64,000 bases of DNA from Candidatus Bathyarchaeota archaeon (GCA_963833125.1 CAWHWX010000012.1:1-64000), one strand, 5' to 3'. Positions 1 to 11,129 are shown, counted from the first letter of the stretch. The notes: generated by a model not told the origin, from the sequence alone. A program made the numbers and translations.

Positions 1-68
1 TTTGTGGGAGCTTTTATATTGCGCAAAGAGTGCAGTGAGCACTCCGAATATTGGAGGAAAATATCTTA

Positions 69-1783
69 ATGTCAACCACATCAAAGAAGAACACAAAGTA
101 TGTTGCAGCAGCCGTGCTGATAGTTATCATATTGGCCGGCATTGGATACTACTTCTACCAGTCATCCACGGTACCCCCCACCATGACGACCTCGACATCA
201 CAATACAAAGACACAATTGTGATGGGAACGACCGACGCCGTCCAGACCACCATCGACCCCGCCGACGCCTATGACTACTTTGGCATTAACATGATTAACA
301 ACCTAGGCGCGCCGCTCGTCGACTTCGGGCCCGGAACTAACAACACAAGCCCGTCCGGCCTTCAGCCGGCGTTAGCCACAAACTGGTCACAAAGCTCGGA
401 CGGCCTGACCTACACCTTCACCCTCCGCTCAGGGCTGAAGTATGATGACGGCACCCCGTTCAACTCCACCGACGTCAAGTTCAGCGTGGAAAGAGGAATA
501 GCCATTAACGACCCCAATGGCGCGTTTAACGGTCTCGGCGTCTCATCGATAATCGACTCGGTAACAACACCCGACGCTAATACGGTGGTCTTCCACCTGA
601 AGGCACCGTTCTCGGGGTTCCTAAACATGATGACCTTCAGCATCATGTATCCAGTGAACCCGAACAAGGTGCCGCAGGGACATGCAACCCCTGCAACGAT
701 ATGACTGGAATAGTCAACTTCACAGCCAACAACGCAGCAGCTAGCAACCCCAACGGCCTCGGCCCCTACACTCTGACCACGTGGACCAGATCGGGCACCA
801 AGGACACGGAGATGGTTCTGACTGCCAATCCCAACTATTGGAACTATCCAGCCTACCCGAAGACCCAGACGATAATAATCAAATTCTACCCTGACGCCAC
901 CTCGCTTGCAGCCGCCATCAGGTCAGGCGACGTTGACCTTGCCTACAGGCAGTTCACAACGTCCGACATCCGGAGCTTGATGACAACGCCCGGGCTTAAG
1001 GTGTACTCAAGCCCCGGTGCCTTCATCCAGTATCTCGTCATCAACGAGAACAAGGCTCCGTTCAATGACATCAACGTTAGGCAGGGTATAGCCGCAGCCA
1101 TCAACAGAACCGACCTTATCGACACCGTCTTCGCTGGCACAGCCACACCTCTCTACTCGCAAATACCTCTTGGCATGGGGTACCACACAGATGCCTTCGA
1201 AACGGCATATGGCGCCGGCCCCAACTACGCTCTCGCTCAGCAGCTTTTGGCGAAGTCGGGCTACAATGCCAACAACAAGCTAACGGTCGACCTGTGGTAC
1301 GAGACCACCGGGCACTATCCCCAGAGTTCAGACCAAGCCCTTGTCCTGAAGAAGGACTTAGAGGCGAGCGGTGTGATTACCGTCACGCTCAACGGGGTTG
1401 ACTGGCCCACAATGCACTCGAACGTAAGAGCGGGCAGCATGGGCACGTTCATTTACGGCTGGTACCCTGACTTCATCGACCCCTTCGACTACACCACACC
1501 ATTCCTATCCTCAACGGGCGCTTCGTGGCTCAATGACGGCTATAACAGTACAGCCATGGATTCCCTGTTGACCCAGTCACTCTCAGCCACGCCTTCCAAC
1601 GCCGCGTCGATCTACGGCCAAATTCAGACACTGCAGGCTCACGATGTCCCGATGATTCCATTGTACCAAGGCGGCTCCAACTGCTGCGGTGCGGTGGCTA
1701 AGACTTCGGTGGGCGGCGTCTACTTGGACGTTACCCTGATCTTCAGGCTTTCGACAATCTACGAGACAACAGAGACAACATAA
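69..1783 (+). CDS. dppA: ABC peptide/nickel transporter substrate-binding protein (family 5), split by a frameshift near 700
   Basis: ORFs 51..704 and 701..1783 join into one SBP_bac_5 protein: N-terminal TM, TIDPA, LATNWSQSSDGLTYTFTLR, GLGPY, RQGIAAAINR, WYPDFIDP. Confidence 0.85.
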
Positions 1784-1840
1784 CATAGCGGGGAAGTCTA
1801 CTGCAGAGCTTCCCCCTCTCCCTATTTTTGGGATGAGCAA

Positions 1841-2869
1841 TTGAGCTTAAAGAGTTACATCGTCACGCGTGCCCTCCTCACAATTCCGACTGTGTTCCTT
1901 CTAGTAACGATAGTTTTTCTCATCGTGCGGGTGCTTCCAGGGGATCCGGTTCTCCTCCACTTCGGAAAGCAGGTCAATCCCACCGCCTTGGCCGCGGTCA
2001 GGCATTCGCTCGGCCTGGACGTCCCCATCTACGTCCAGTACTACAACTACATCATCGGTCTGTTTCATGGGAACTTGGGCATCGCCTTCTCGAACGAAGA
2101 GCCGGTCACCCCGCAGGTCCTCTCGGCTTTCCCGGCCACTCTGGAGCTCTCGATTGGTTCGATGATTGTGGCGGTGCTGGTGGGCGTGGTCCTGGGCGTC
2201 AGGTCTTCGAGGAAATACGGTTCGCTGGAGGACAAGATAATCAGGACCTTCGGCGCTGTCGTCTACTCCATTCCGGTCTTCTTCCTGGGTCTGATCTTCA
2301 TCGGCGTGTTCGCGATTGCTTTTCACATACTTCCCTCGGGCGGAAGGTATTCCCTTTTAATCCCGATCGGCGGGACCGTCTTCGGCGTGCACATCCAGAC
2401 GGGGCTGTACACCATTGATTCTCTTTTGGCAGGAAACTTGGGCGAGTTCGTCGACGCAGTGCGGCACTTGATACTTCCGTGCACTGCCCTCGGGCTTTAC
2501 ATCTCTGCCGTCTTCCTGAGGATAACCCGAAGCAACATGCTGGAAGCGCTCGGCCAGGAGTACGTCACCGCAGCCAGAGCGAGGGGGCTCAAAGAGAGGA
2601 CCGTCCTCTACAGCTACGGCCTCAGAAATGGCTTGCTTCCTGTGCTGACGATCATGGGCCTTGAGTTCGCCGGCCTGCTGGGAGGGGCCATATTGACCGA
2701 GACGACTTTCGCCTGGAATGGAATAGGGACCTATATAGTCACGGCCATCACCGACCGGGACTACATTGCAATTCAGGGCGCCGTGGTCTTCTTCGGAATT
2801 CTGGTTGCGCTTGTGAGCCTAGTGGTCGACATCCTGTACGCCTATCTCGACCCGAGGATAAGATACTAG
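1841..2869 (+). CDS. dppB: ABC peptide transporter permease
   Basis: PGDPV N-terminal motif and EAA loop (YVTAARARGL). Confidence 0.9.
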   Translation: MSLKSYIVTRALLTIPTVFLLVTIVFLIVRVLPGDPVLLHFGKQVNPTALAAVRHSLGLDVPIYVQYYNYIIGLFHGNLGIAFSNEEPVTPQVLSAFPATLELSIGSMIVAVLVGVVLGVRSSRKYGSLEDKIIRTFGAVVYSIPVFFLGLIFIGVFAIAFHILPSGGRYSLLIPIGGTVFGVHIQTGLYTIDSLLAGNLGEFVDAVRHLILPCTALGLYISAVFLRITRSNMLEALGQEYVTAARARGLKERTVLYSYGLRNGLLPVLTIMGLEFAGLLGGAILTETTFAWNGIGTYIVTAITDRDYIAIQGAVVFFGILVALVSLVVDILYAYLDPRIRY

Positions 2870-2877
2870 GTGATTTC

Positions 2878-3756
2878 ATGAAGAAAGAATCGGATTCGCG
2901 GATTAGACCTGCAATCAACTTCTTCTTCACGCTGCCCAAATTCGGGACAGGCGGAATGATGGTGGTCATCGGAGCCGTCATCGTAATCATCTTGATGGCG
3001 ATGACTATACTCTCCCCATTCATCACACCTCACAGCCCGATTCAACTCTCCGTCGGCCCTGCCGACGCAGCTCCGTCGCTGAGTTTTCCCATGGGCACCA
3101 ACCGCCTCGGCCAGGACATTTTCAGCAGGATGATTGCCGGAGGTTCGACCATGATGGAGGTAGCCGGCCTCGCGGTTGCCATCTGCTTCCTCATAGGCGT
3201 TCCCCTCGGCCTGCTCGCAGGCTACTCCAGGAGACTGATTGACGGCCCCCTCTCGCTACTGATGGACTCTCTCTACGCCTTTCCGGGCCTCGTCCTGGCA
3301 ATAGCCATAGCTGCTGTCCTCGGCCGCGGTGTCGTGAATCTCGCGATAGCCATAGCCGTCGTGTACATCCCTACCTACTTCAGGGTCGTCAGGAGTCAGG
3401 TCTTGACCCTGAAGGAGATGCCGTTCGTGGAGGCGGTCAAGGTGGAGGGCGGCGGAACCCTGAACGTCCTATTCAGGCAGATTTTCCCGAACGTGCTCGC
3501 TTCCGTGGCTGTGATCGCGTCAATCAATGTCGCTGACGCCGTCATCACCGAGGCGGGTCTCACGTACATCGGCCTCGGAGTGAACACGGCACTTCCGGAC
3601 TGGGGTTTCGACATCTACTACGGATACCAATCCATGCTGGCCGGCGCTTGGTGGACCGTGCTCTTTCCAGGCTTGCTGGTCGTCCTCCTCGCAGGCGGGT
3701 TCACATTCATCGGGGAAGGATTGAGCGAAGTCCTGAACCCGAGGTTGAGGAGGTGA
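2878..3756 (+). CDS. dppC: ABC peptide transporter permease
   Basis: MGTNRLGQDIFSR, FVEAVKVEG and PDWG motifs. Confidence 0.9.
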   Translation: MKKESDSRIRPAINFFFTLPKFGTGGMMVVIGAVIVIILMAMTILSPFITPHSPIQLSVGPADAAPSLSFPMGTNRLGQDIFSRMIAGGSTMMEVAGLAVAICFLIGVPLGLLAGYSRRLIDGPLSLLMDSLYAFPGLVLAIAIAAVLGRGVVNLAIAIAVVYIPTYFRVVRSQVLTLKEMPFVEAVKVEGGGTLNVLFRQIFPNVLASVAVIASINVADAVITEAGLTYIGLGVNTALPDWGFDIYYGYQSMLAGAWWTVLFPGLLVVLLAGGFTFIGEGLSEVLNPRLRR

Positions 3757-3757
3757 G

Positions 3758-4726
3758 ATGACGCTACTCAAAGTCCAAGGACTGAACGTCAGCTACAAGA
3801 CCATGAAGGGAGAACTGAAGGCCGTCCAGGGGGTGGACTTCGAGCTCGAGGAGCAGGAGACTTTGGGTATCGTCGGAGAGTCTGCATGCGGTAAGTCAAC
3901 CCTCGGCCTTGCGCTCCTGAACCTCGTGCCTCCGCCGGGGAGGGTTACCGACGGCAGGATACTCCTCGAGGGAGAGGACATACTGTCCCTCGACAACGAG
4001 CGGCTGAGGCGGACGAGGGGGAAGGTGGTCTCGATGATCTTCCAAGACCCTATGACTTCTCTGAACCCGGTGAAGAAGATAGGGGAGCACTTCGTCGAGG
4101 CCATCAGGGCGCACAACCCCAGCGCCAGGCGAGGCGAGGCCCTGGAGAAGGCCGGGAAGATCTTGGGCGAACTTGGGATCTCTCCGGACAGGATGGCCGA
4201 CTACCCCCACCAGCTTAGCGGAGGCATGAAGCAGAGGATTATGATCGGTCTCAGCCTTATCCTCGATCCCAAGCTCCTGATTGCCGACGAGCCCACCACC
4301 TCCCTGGATGTGGTGATAGAGGCCCAGATTCTCGACCTGCTCCGCCAGCTAAAGTCCTCCCTCAAGCTGTCCATGATTTTGATCACGCATAATTTGGGGG
4401 TTGTCGCAGAAGTGGCAGATAAGATAGCAATAATGTACGGCGGGGAGATCTACGAGCTCGCAGAGACGAAGGCCATCTTCAAGAAGCCGCTCTTCCCCTA
4501 CACGCAGTTGCTCCTGAAGCTGGTTCCGAACATTGCTTCGGAGTCCACCTCGTTGGAGTGGATTCCAGGTTCGCCCCCGGACCTCTCTTATCCAATATCG
4601 GGGTGCAAGTTCGCGGCGCGATGCCCCTTCGTCTTCGACCGATGCAGGAAAGAACGGCCGAGCCTACGAGATATCGAACCAGGCCACAGGGCGGCCTGCC
4701 ACCTGTACGACGGCGGTCGAAAATGA
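3758..4726 (+). CDS. dppD: ABC peptide transporter ATP-binding protein
   Basis: Walker A GESACGKS, LSGGMKQR, DEPT, C-terminal Cys-rich oligopeptide-transporter domain. Confidence 0.92.
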   Translation: MTLLKVQGLNVSYKTMKGELKAVQGVDFELEEQETLGIVGESACGKSTLGLALLNLVPPPGRVTDGRILLEGEDILSLDNERLRRTRGKVVSMIFQDPMTSLNPVKKIGEHFVEAIRAHNPSARRGEALEKAGKILGELGISPDRMADYPHQLSGGMKQRIMIGLSLILDPKLLIADEPTTSLDVVIEAQILDLLRQLKSSLKLSMILITHNLGVVAEVADKIAIMYGGEIYELAETKAIFKKPLFPYTQLLLKLVPNIASESTSLEWIPGSPPDLSYPISGCKFAARCPFVFDRCRKERPSLRDIEPGHRAACHLYDGGRK

Positions 4727-5709
4727 GCGACCCTCTGCTTCTCTTCCAGGACGTCAAGATGCACTTCCCCGTAAGGAGGAGTTTCCTCGAGGGGCTGGTC
4801 GGGGCGGAGACGAAGTACGTCAGGGCAGTGGACGGCGTCTCCCTCGGCATCGAGGAGGGGGAGGTCTTTGTCCTCGTAGGCGAAAGCGGCAGCGGGAAGA
4901 CGACTCTCGGCAAGCTCAGCCTCCGGGTATACGTTCCTACGGCAGGGAACATTCTCTTCGACGGCCGGGCCATAACTGGGCTGAGCGGTGAAGCGCTCAA
5001 GAAGTTCAGGCGGACATCGCAAATGGTCTATCAGGACCCGATGGCAGCGCTCAATCCTAGGGTCAGAATCGGGGACGCTATAGCGGAGCCGTTGAAGTTT
5101 CACAGCATCGGAACTGAGGTAGAGCAGAGGGAGAGGGCCTTCAAGATGATGAGCCGCGTGGGCTTCGACCCCCCGGAGGAGATCTACTCCAGGTTCCCCC
5201 ATGAGCTGAGTGGAGGCCAGAGACAGAGGGTGGTGATTGCCCGAGCGTTGATCCTTAACCCGAAGTTCGTGGTGGCCGACGAGCCGGTGGCCATGCTCGA
5301 CGTCTCCATTAGGGCCCAGATTCTGAAGCTACTCCTGGATCTCAAGAGGGAGATGAATCTCACCCTGCTCATCATCACTCACGACATCGCAATCGCGAAG
5401 TATTTCGCTGACCGCATAGGAATAATGTACCTGGGCAAGATTGTGGAAAGGGCCGACAGGGAACGCATGTTCAGGAATCCGATGCACCCCTACACCCAAG
5501 CGCTCTTCTCCTCCGTCCCAGTCCCTGATCCCGAAGCGGCGAAAACCAGGATGATAATACAGGGGGAGATTCCCAGCGCCATGAACCCGCCCACCGGTTG
5601 CGTCTTCCACCCAAGATGCCCACGCGTTTTCGGCAAGTGTTCAGCTGAAGTGCCGCCGCTACTGGAGTATGAACCAGGACATTATGTTGCCTGCCACCTG
5701 TACTCCTAA
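4723..5709 (+). CDS. dppF: ABC peptide transporter ATP-binding protein
   Basis: Start MSDPLL overlaps the dppD stop (ATGA). GESGSGKT, LSGGQRQR, HPYT, GCVFHPRC. Confidence 0.92.
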   Translation: MSDPLLLFQDVKMHFPVRRSFLEGLVGAETKYVRAVDGVSLGIEEGEVFVLVGESGSGKTTLGKLSLRVYVPTAGNILFDGRAITGLSGEALKKFRRTSQMVYQDPMAALNPRVRIGDAIAEPLKFHSIGTEVEQRERAFKMMSRVGFDPPEEIYSRFPHELSGGQRQRVVIARALILNPKFVVADEPVAMLDVSIRAQILKLLLDLKREMNLTLLIITHDIAIAKYFADRIGIMYLGKIVERADRERMFRNPMHPYTQALFSSVPVPDPEAAKTRMIIQGEIPSAMNPPTGCVFHPRCPRVFGKCSAEVPPLLEYEPGHYVACHLYS

Positions 5710-5795
5710 CGGAATATGTACAGGAAGACATGAGGTGGGGAGTAAGGGTCTATGTCTCCACACGTGAAGTGTAATGACCGGGCCGGCATGGCACG

Positions 5796-6425
5796 TCAGA
5801 CGTGGAATACCGCGGTCAAGATAGCAGTGGTGCCAATAATGAGAAACACGATGAGTGAGAAGATTCGGATTCTCCTCGGTGACAGTATTTTGCTTAGCCG
5901 ATTTCCGATCATCGTCTCTACCGCTGTGGCGGACACGAGAGCGATGACTGCTCCTGCGAAGACTAGAAGCGTATTCTGAAAGCGGGCTACGAACAGTATC
6001 GTTAACACTTCAGTCGCATCACCCGCCAGATCAAGTAATATGAGTAAGGAGACTGCGTTTAGGAAGACAAGCCACAAACTTTTGGACGCTTTCAGCGATA
6101 GCTTTCTTTCCGCCTTGGCGAGTTCCTCCTCTTCCTTCTTTGCTTCGAAAAAACTCCAAATACCGTACGAAATCATTACCAACCCACCGACCAGGCTGAT
6201 TAGAGAGACTGGAAGGAAGCTAACTAGAAAATACCCTACTGTCACTATGATGGCGCTGGTTATTGTAAATGCTACTGAACCCGCAGCGAATACGACCCAT
6301 GGCTTCACTTTCGTAGCAAGTGAAAGAAGCAGAAGAGCATCCTTATCCGTTAACTCGGCAACGAAGATTGCTGCCATAATTGTGAGAAACGCGTTCAGCA
6401 GTACCAAACTTTCGGATATCGGCAA
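5796..6425 (-). CDS. TMEM165/GDT1 (UPF0016) family membrane protein
   Basis: Two degenerate E-x-G-D-K/R repeats (AELTDKD, LAGDAT) and about 6 TM helices. Confidence 0.75.
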   Translation of the reverse strand: MPISESLVLLNAFLTIMAAIFVAELTDKDALLLLSLATKVKPWVVFAAGSVAFTITSAIIVTVGYFLVSFLPVSLISLVGGLVMISYGIWSFFEAKKEEEELAKAERKLSLKASKSLWLVFLNAVSLLILLDLAGDATEVLTILFVARFQNTLLVFAGAVIALVSATAVETMIGNRLSKILSPRRIRIFSLIVFLIIGTTAILTAVFHV

Positions 6426-6598
6426 TCTTCATCACCTCGTATTAACAGGATTTCGAATTGTGAAGCTCACACCGAACGATCTGATCAGAATTTCAGAACA
6501 AGTTTACGCCCGAGAAATGGATTGCGGTCAGAGCCGAGACCAGTCGACTTGTGATGTACTAAACTTCAAATTCAATAACCCTACCTCTCTCAAGAGGC

Positions 6599-6862
6599 GT
6601 GGGACCTCACGGGGGACAAGTGATTTCAGTGATCGACCAAATGCAACGTAGATCGGGTCCTGGCCTATGCGAGATGTGTGAGAGAGAACCGGCTACTAGA
6701 AAGGCCAAGTTCAAGGCACAATACCTTCAATCCACATCAGCTGCGGTCTTCGATGAGGAAAGCCTCGTCGACGTTGAAATGATGAAGAGGATATGTGAGG
6801 GTTGTCTAAAGAAATTGCAGGAAGCTAAGAACGTTACAGAACTGACGTTCGAACGGTTGTAG
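6599..6862 (+). CDS. small Zn-binding hypothetical protein
   Basis: Two CxxC pairs (CEMC, CEGC). The start may be ATG 6641. Confidence 0.55.
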   Translation: MGPHGGQVISVIDQMQRRSGPGLCEMCEREPATRKAKFKAQYLQSTSAAVFDEESLVDVEMMKRICEGCLKKLQEAKNVTELTFERL

Positions 6863-6884
6863 CAAAAGTACTGCTAGATCATGT

Positions 6885-7265
6885 TTAGCCGAAGAGTTCT
6901 ATCCATATTCCGTTCGGGTCCTCGATGTAAGCCCACCTTCCGCCTTCGACCTGCATCTCTAATTTTGTGCGGTAGCCCAAGGCATCGGCTTCACGGAGCG
7001 CTTTGTCCAAATCGTCCACCTTGAACCCCAGGTGATCGAGGCCTTCTCCAGGAACGTATTCGGTAGCGTATGCACTCTCTGATTGGTAGTAGTTGAGTTC
7101 CAACGTAAACCCGTTCTCTTCGCTTTGCAAGCCAACAGTTTCTCCTTTCGTCTTCTCAATCTTGCCTCTTCCCGTAACCTTCATGCCTAGAACCTTAGTG
7201 TAGAATTCAATCGATTTGTCCAGGTCTCTCACTCTGATCCCCACGTACGTGAACTTGGTCTGCAA
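6885..7265 (-). CDS. VOC/glyoxalase family protein
   Basis: RVRDLDKSIEFYTKVLGM, LELNY, DHLGFKVDDLD, EDPNGIWIEL. Confidence 0.9.
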   Translation of the reverse strand: MQTKFTYVGIRVRDLDKSIEFYTKVLGMKVTGRGKIEKTKGETVGLQSEENGFTLELNYYQSESAYATEYVPGEGLDHLGFKVDDLDKALREADALGYRTKLEMQVEGGRWAYIEDPNGIWIELFG

Positions 7266-7433
7266 TTATGACACGGTTCGATTACGAAGTTGCCGTCTTA
7301 ATAACCGTGAGAGGATGTGACGGGGTTATGCGGTTATTTGAGATCGATCGGCTTTGGAGCTGAGTATTGCTTTAATTGCAGCATATCGAATAATCTTCGA
7401 GACCTCAACTTAGGTTAAGAATCGGGTGAGCTT

Positions 7434-7679
7434 GTGGTAAGACGAACAGTCGCCTTCGGTTTCTTGCTACTCATCATTGCAACAGCAATGCCTCTGATCC
7501 TACCTGTTTCGGCTTACCGTAGGAATCCTCCGCCGTTTCTAACTTGTTTCGCGTCCGTGGGGACGGCTCCAAATGGTGTTACGTACATTGCCTACTTTTA
7601 CCGCAGAGCAGCAGCAATGAGGATGGCTGCCGTTTGGGCTGCTGAGGGCTGGACTGGGATTACGATAGTTGCGTGCTGA
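7434..7679 (+). CDS. small secreted hypothetical protein
   Basis: Signal-peptide-like N-terminus, GGGTGAG RBS upstream. Confidence 0.45.
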   Translation: MVRRTVAFGFLLLIIATAMPLILPVSAYRRNPPPFLTCFASVGTAPNGVTYIAYFYRRAAAMRMAAVWAAEGWTGITIVAC

Positions 7680-7758
7680 GTCGTCTGAGTAAGACGCTCG
7701 TGAAACGGCGCTTGTATATTCAATAAGAGTTTTGATTCCGTACTCTTATGCAACTGAA

Positions 7759-8232
7759 TCAGCGTACTCGTTCTTGGGCTCGTTTGGGTGTGACCTTGAT
7801 GCCTAGGCTCTTAGCGAGCTTTCTTACCTCTTCCTCGCTCATCCAATCCACCTTCAAGTACTCGAACAGTTCTCTCTCCGACATGCCTACCTTTCGAGCC
7901 TCCTCTACAGCGAGTCTATAGGCTTCTAGTTCGGTAGGTCGGTTGTGGTACTCGTAATTGTCGTCAAAAAGCGCCTTCCCGTCCATAAACTGTTTCACAT
8001 GGACGAGTTCGTGGATTACGTCTAGGTACTTGCTTACGGGTTCGCCCTCCCGCAGGTAGTATGCGCTGACGATTAAATGGCCGTCCTCATCGCTCACACC
8101 CATGTAACCAAACTTAGAGCTAAAGAACTCCACCTTCAACTGACTTAGCACGTTCTCGGTTTCGTTGCCGAAAATTGATCTAACAGCAGGCAGTCTCTCG
8201 AAACCTTTGAAGAAGTCTGTGAAGTTGTGCAT
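7759..8232 (-). CDS. hypothetical protein with HExxH zincin-like motif
   Basis: HELVH followed by PTELEAY. Confidence 0.7.
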   Translation of the reverse strand: MHNFTDFFKGFERLPAVRSIFGNETENVLSQLKVEFFSSKFGYMGVSDEDGHLIVSAYYLREGEPVSKYLDVIHELVHVKQFMDGKALFDDNYEYHNRPTELEAYRLAVEEARKVGMSERELFEYLKVDWMSEEEVRKLAKSLGIKVTPKRAQERVR

Positions 8233-8374
8233 CGCAATAGGGACCTTCCGGGGAATTTCAACGTCTGGGAGAGCTGAACTCTTTCGTCAAGTGTCGTACG
8301 GTTCCTGATTTTCCAGATTGGTGTCTGTGGTGTAATTTATTCTAACCGATAGGAAATATCCGTGGTGCTAGGGA

Positions 8375-8751
8375 CTATTCTGATTCAGGATCACGTCGAT
8401 CATGTAAGGAAAAGTGGGTTCGTTTCTCCTGGAGCAGGTTCACTCTTTTGCGTAGAAGGCCATACACAACGATTACGGCTACCATTAGGATTGTCAAACC
8501 CACCATCACGCTAACTAGTGGCAGGTAGATGCAGTTTCCGATTGAACCGTCGGGCGGGAGAATTACACACGCTTTACTCTGAAACCAAAACACCTGAACA
8601 TCAACCGTGTCCAAGTAAGTCACGGGTTGCGCGCGTCTGCTAACGCCGCGGTCTCAGAGGAAATTTCAATCCCAATGAGAAAAACACTAACGAACAGAAT
8701 TCCGAAAATGTAAGGGAGAACCCTAAGTAGCGTTTTAGCGCGCACCATCAT
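8375..8751 (-). CDS. hypothetical membrane protein (frameshift near 8625)
   Basis: N-terminal TM (MMVRAKTLLRVLPYIFGILF) continues in ORF 8375..8623, which has a C-terminal TM. Confidence 0.45.
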
Positions 8752-8842
8752 TGAGCCCTTGCGTAACGTTCGGTGTCGTCCGCACTTAAGTGAAGAGGGA
8801 CCGAAGGGTTAAACGTTCGCTGATGTGGGTGTAGGGCCGTGT

Positions 8843-8961
8843 GGGCCGGTAGTTCAGCCTGGTATACCTAATCTAAGAAAGGGCCGAAGAACGTCCGGTT
8901 TGCAAGCCACCATGGCCTAAGGTCCGGAAGGTCGCGGGTCCAAATCCCGCCCGGTCCACCA
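8843..8961 (+). tRNA. tRNA-Ala(TGC) with two BHB introns (21/22: 8866..8888; 37/38: 8905..8922), CCA encoded
   Basis: Acceptor GGGCCGG/CCGGTCC with G3:U70 Ala identity, D stem GTTC/GAAC, anticodon stem TCCGG/CCGGA with TGC at 8901-8903, T arm GCGGG-TCCAAAT-CCCGC. Both inserts fold as relaxed BHB motifs. Confidence 0.92.
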
Positions 8962-8979
8962 ATTCACGCAACGGTCAAT

Positions 8980-9366
8980 GTGGTAGCTTACACAACTATG
9001 GGCTTTATCCCGTTCCATTATAATACGGTGACAGGTCAGGTTTGTTTTACTGGAAGTACACCGGGAAGTTATTTCTGCCTCCCTCCGCACGTTGGAGTGG
9101 AGACGTTCACTTGCACTCACGCAAACGAGTTAGACTGCCCTGCTTTTACTCAAACAGTTGAATCAATGTCCGTGCTTCAAAATGTTGCTACTATTCCATA
9201 CAGTCAAACAGGGACGAGTTCAACCACTGAGAGTTCAACTAGCCTCGTGCCCGAATCGACCGTTCTCGGATTAACAGACGGTTCGTTTACAATGCTGGCT
9301 GCTGTAGTAATCAGTATCCTAGCTCTTTTGACGGCATATGTTGTTATGAAAACCAAGCATCATTAA
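8980..9366 (+). CDS. membrane-anchored Ser/Thr-rich protein, possibly N-truncated
   Basis: S/T-rich linker, VPES motif, C-terminal TM plus basic tail, no signal peptide. Confidence 0.5.
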   Translation: MVAYTTMGFIPFHYNTVTGQVCFTGSTPGSYFCLPPHVGVETFTCTHANELDCPAFTQTVESMSVLQNVATIPYSQTGTSSTTESSTSLVPESTVLGLTDGSFTMLAAVVISILALLTAYVVMKTKHH

Positions 9367-9369
9367 GTT

Positions 9370-10281
9370 GTGAAAATGTTAACACCCAAACCTGCCAACG
9401 GTATCTGCTCGACAGTTCTCTTACTTCTAATCACAACCCTTGCAATGGCTTCGATTCCATCAGCTACAAGTCAGCAATTTACCACATCTACGAGCTGGGT
9501 CACTGGCACGAATATCGGCTACACGATAGTGCAAACTCAGAGTAGCACCTACGATTACGAATCCTCGTTTACAGTGACGTCAATGTCTAATGGTACGACG
9601 ACCCTGATTGGATTTCTTAGTGAAAGCACAATCACACCTACCCTCCATTTCCCCACTCCCTGCTACACGTTCCTCACGGGTGCTTTCGATTATGTTGGCC
9701 CGAAGCTTCACATTCACTATGAAGCTGCGCAACCTACGTACTGGCATATCTTGGACAGCTCCGACGTAAGCTATGTGTCCCAACACTCTTGTACTGCTGA
9801 ATGAAATCCTCTCTATGGCTCTCCTTCTTCGATAGGCGATTTCAATCTCTATCTGGGTGCAGAGGATAATCCGTATTATCTACTGTTCGTCCCTGCTCCA
9901 TCCTACGAAATTTCTAGCCCCCTTATCAACGTAACAATCGGGCCAATATCAATCGTTTCCACTTCCACAATTATTTCAACTCTATCAAGTGTCGGGTTCT
10001 CTACAATTATTGGCACACTTACTCCAACGACAACCATCGTTTCGACAACAGAGCTGCAGGCTCCTTCCACGCAAGCCTATGGCAATTGGCTACTGGACGC
10101 AGCAATAGTTACGACCTTGGTGATTCTTGTAATTTGGATGAAGTCGAGACGGAAAGTCAAACCAAAAGAAGCGAGGTTAACTCAGTTTGCGAACACCTCA
10201 TCCTCATGCATAAAGTGTGGAGCCGATTTGCCTCCTGCCTCTGATTTCTTCAATAAATGTGGGACGAAACAACCTGGGTAA
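9370..10281 (+). pseudogene. secreted membrane-anchored protein with C-terminal zinc ribbon, in-frame TGA at 9802-9804
   Basis: The same frame continues after the stop (NPLYGSPS...), through a TM to CIKCGADLPPASDFFNKCG. Confidence 0.6.
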
Positions 10282-10287
10282 AAGCAA

Positions 10288-11070
10288 TTGGCTAACGATA
10301 ATTCCAAACGAAACATAATTATCCCGATAATCGTAGCTGTATGGCTAAGCCTCATATTTCCGTCCCTAGCGATGGCTCAGCAAACCTACGTTCAACCCAT
10401 GTACGAAACCCACTGGAAAACCCACACAATCTTAGTTAGCCTTCCTAACACCATTGTACGTTTTTCCGGTAACATCATTGACCCCAACGCGAGCGTCATT
10501 CAAGCGATGGATATTTGGAACCAAGCACAGATATGGTTCGTTCAGAGCTACTTTCCTCACAATTATCCAACCTATGTCTTCAGGTTAGAAGTGGCAAGGC
10601 CAGGACAAGTGCCTCAAGTCACAGTCCAATATATCGGCTACTTACACGATGGATGGTGGGCAGAAACAAGCCAATATGGAACGAAGATTTCCATAGTAAT
10701 CGCCCACTCAGACCAGAATACAGTTCTGGCAGCCCACGAACTCGGCCATGTTCTAGGACTTGGCGATAATTCAATCAACGGCGACCTAGAACGAACCAGC
10801 AATGTATTCTCACCCTATCCATCCACATTAAACCTGTACGCAGTTTACATGCAAGCCAAATGTCTATGCTACACAGCAGCAGACAAAGTGATTCTAACAC
10901 AAATACCCTACATGCAGTGGAACCCAAACCTAGTCGTTGTGACTGAATTTCCGAATCCAGCTCTGATTCTAGTTGTGGCTATCATAACTGGCCTACTATT
11001 GACCGTGAAACTCCGTCGTGCCCGACCTGTAACACCTGAAACCGAACCCTGTAAGACAACCAGAAGCTAG
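10288..11070 (+). CDS. secreted matrixin-like zinc metalloprotease with PEF-CTERM-like anchor
   Basis: Signal peptide, HELGHVLGLGD, TEFP followed by TM and basic tail. Confidence 0.75.
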   Translation: MANDNSKRNIIIPIIVAVWLSLIFPSLAMAQQTYVQPMYETHWKTHTILVSLPNTIVRFSGNIIDPNASVIQAMDIWNQAQIWFVQSYFPHNYPTYVFRLEVARPGQVPQVTVQYIGYLHDGWWAETSQYGTKISIVIAHSDQNTVLAAHELGHVLGLGDNSINGDLERTSNVFSPYPSTLNLYAVYMQAKCLCYTAADKVILTQIPYMQWNPNLVVVTEFPNPALILVVAIITGLLLTVKLRRARPVTPETEPCKTTRS

Positions 11071-11129
11071 TTTAAACTTAGAATCTACCCCCGAAGCAGT
11101 AAGAGCCGTACTAGGAGAATACTTCAAGG

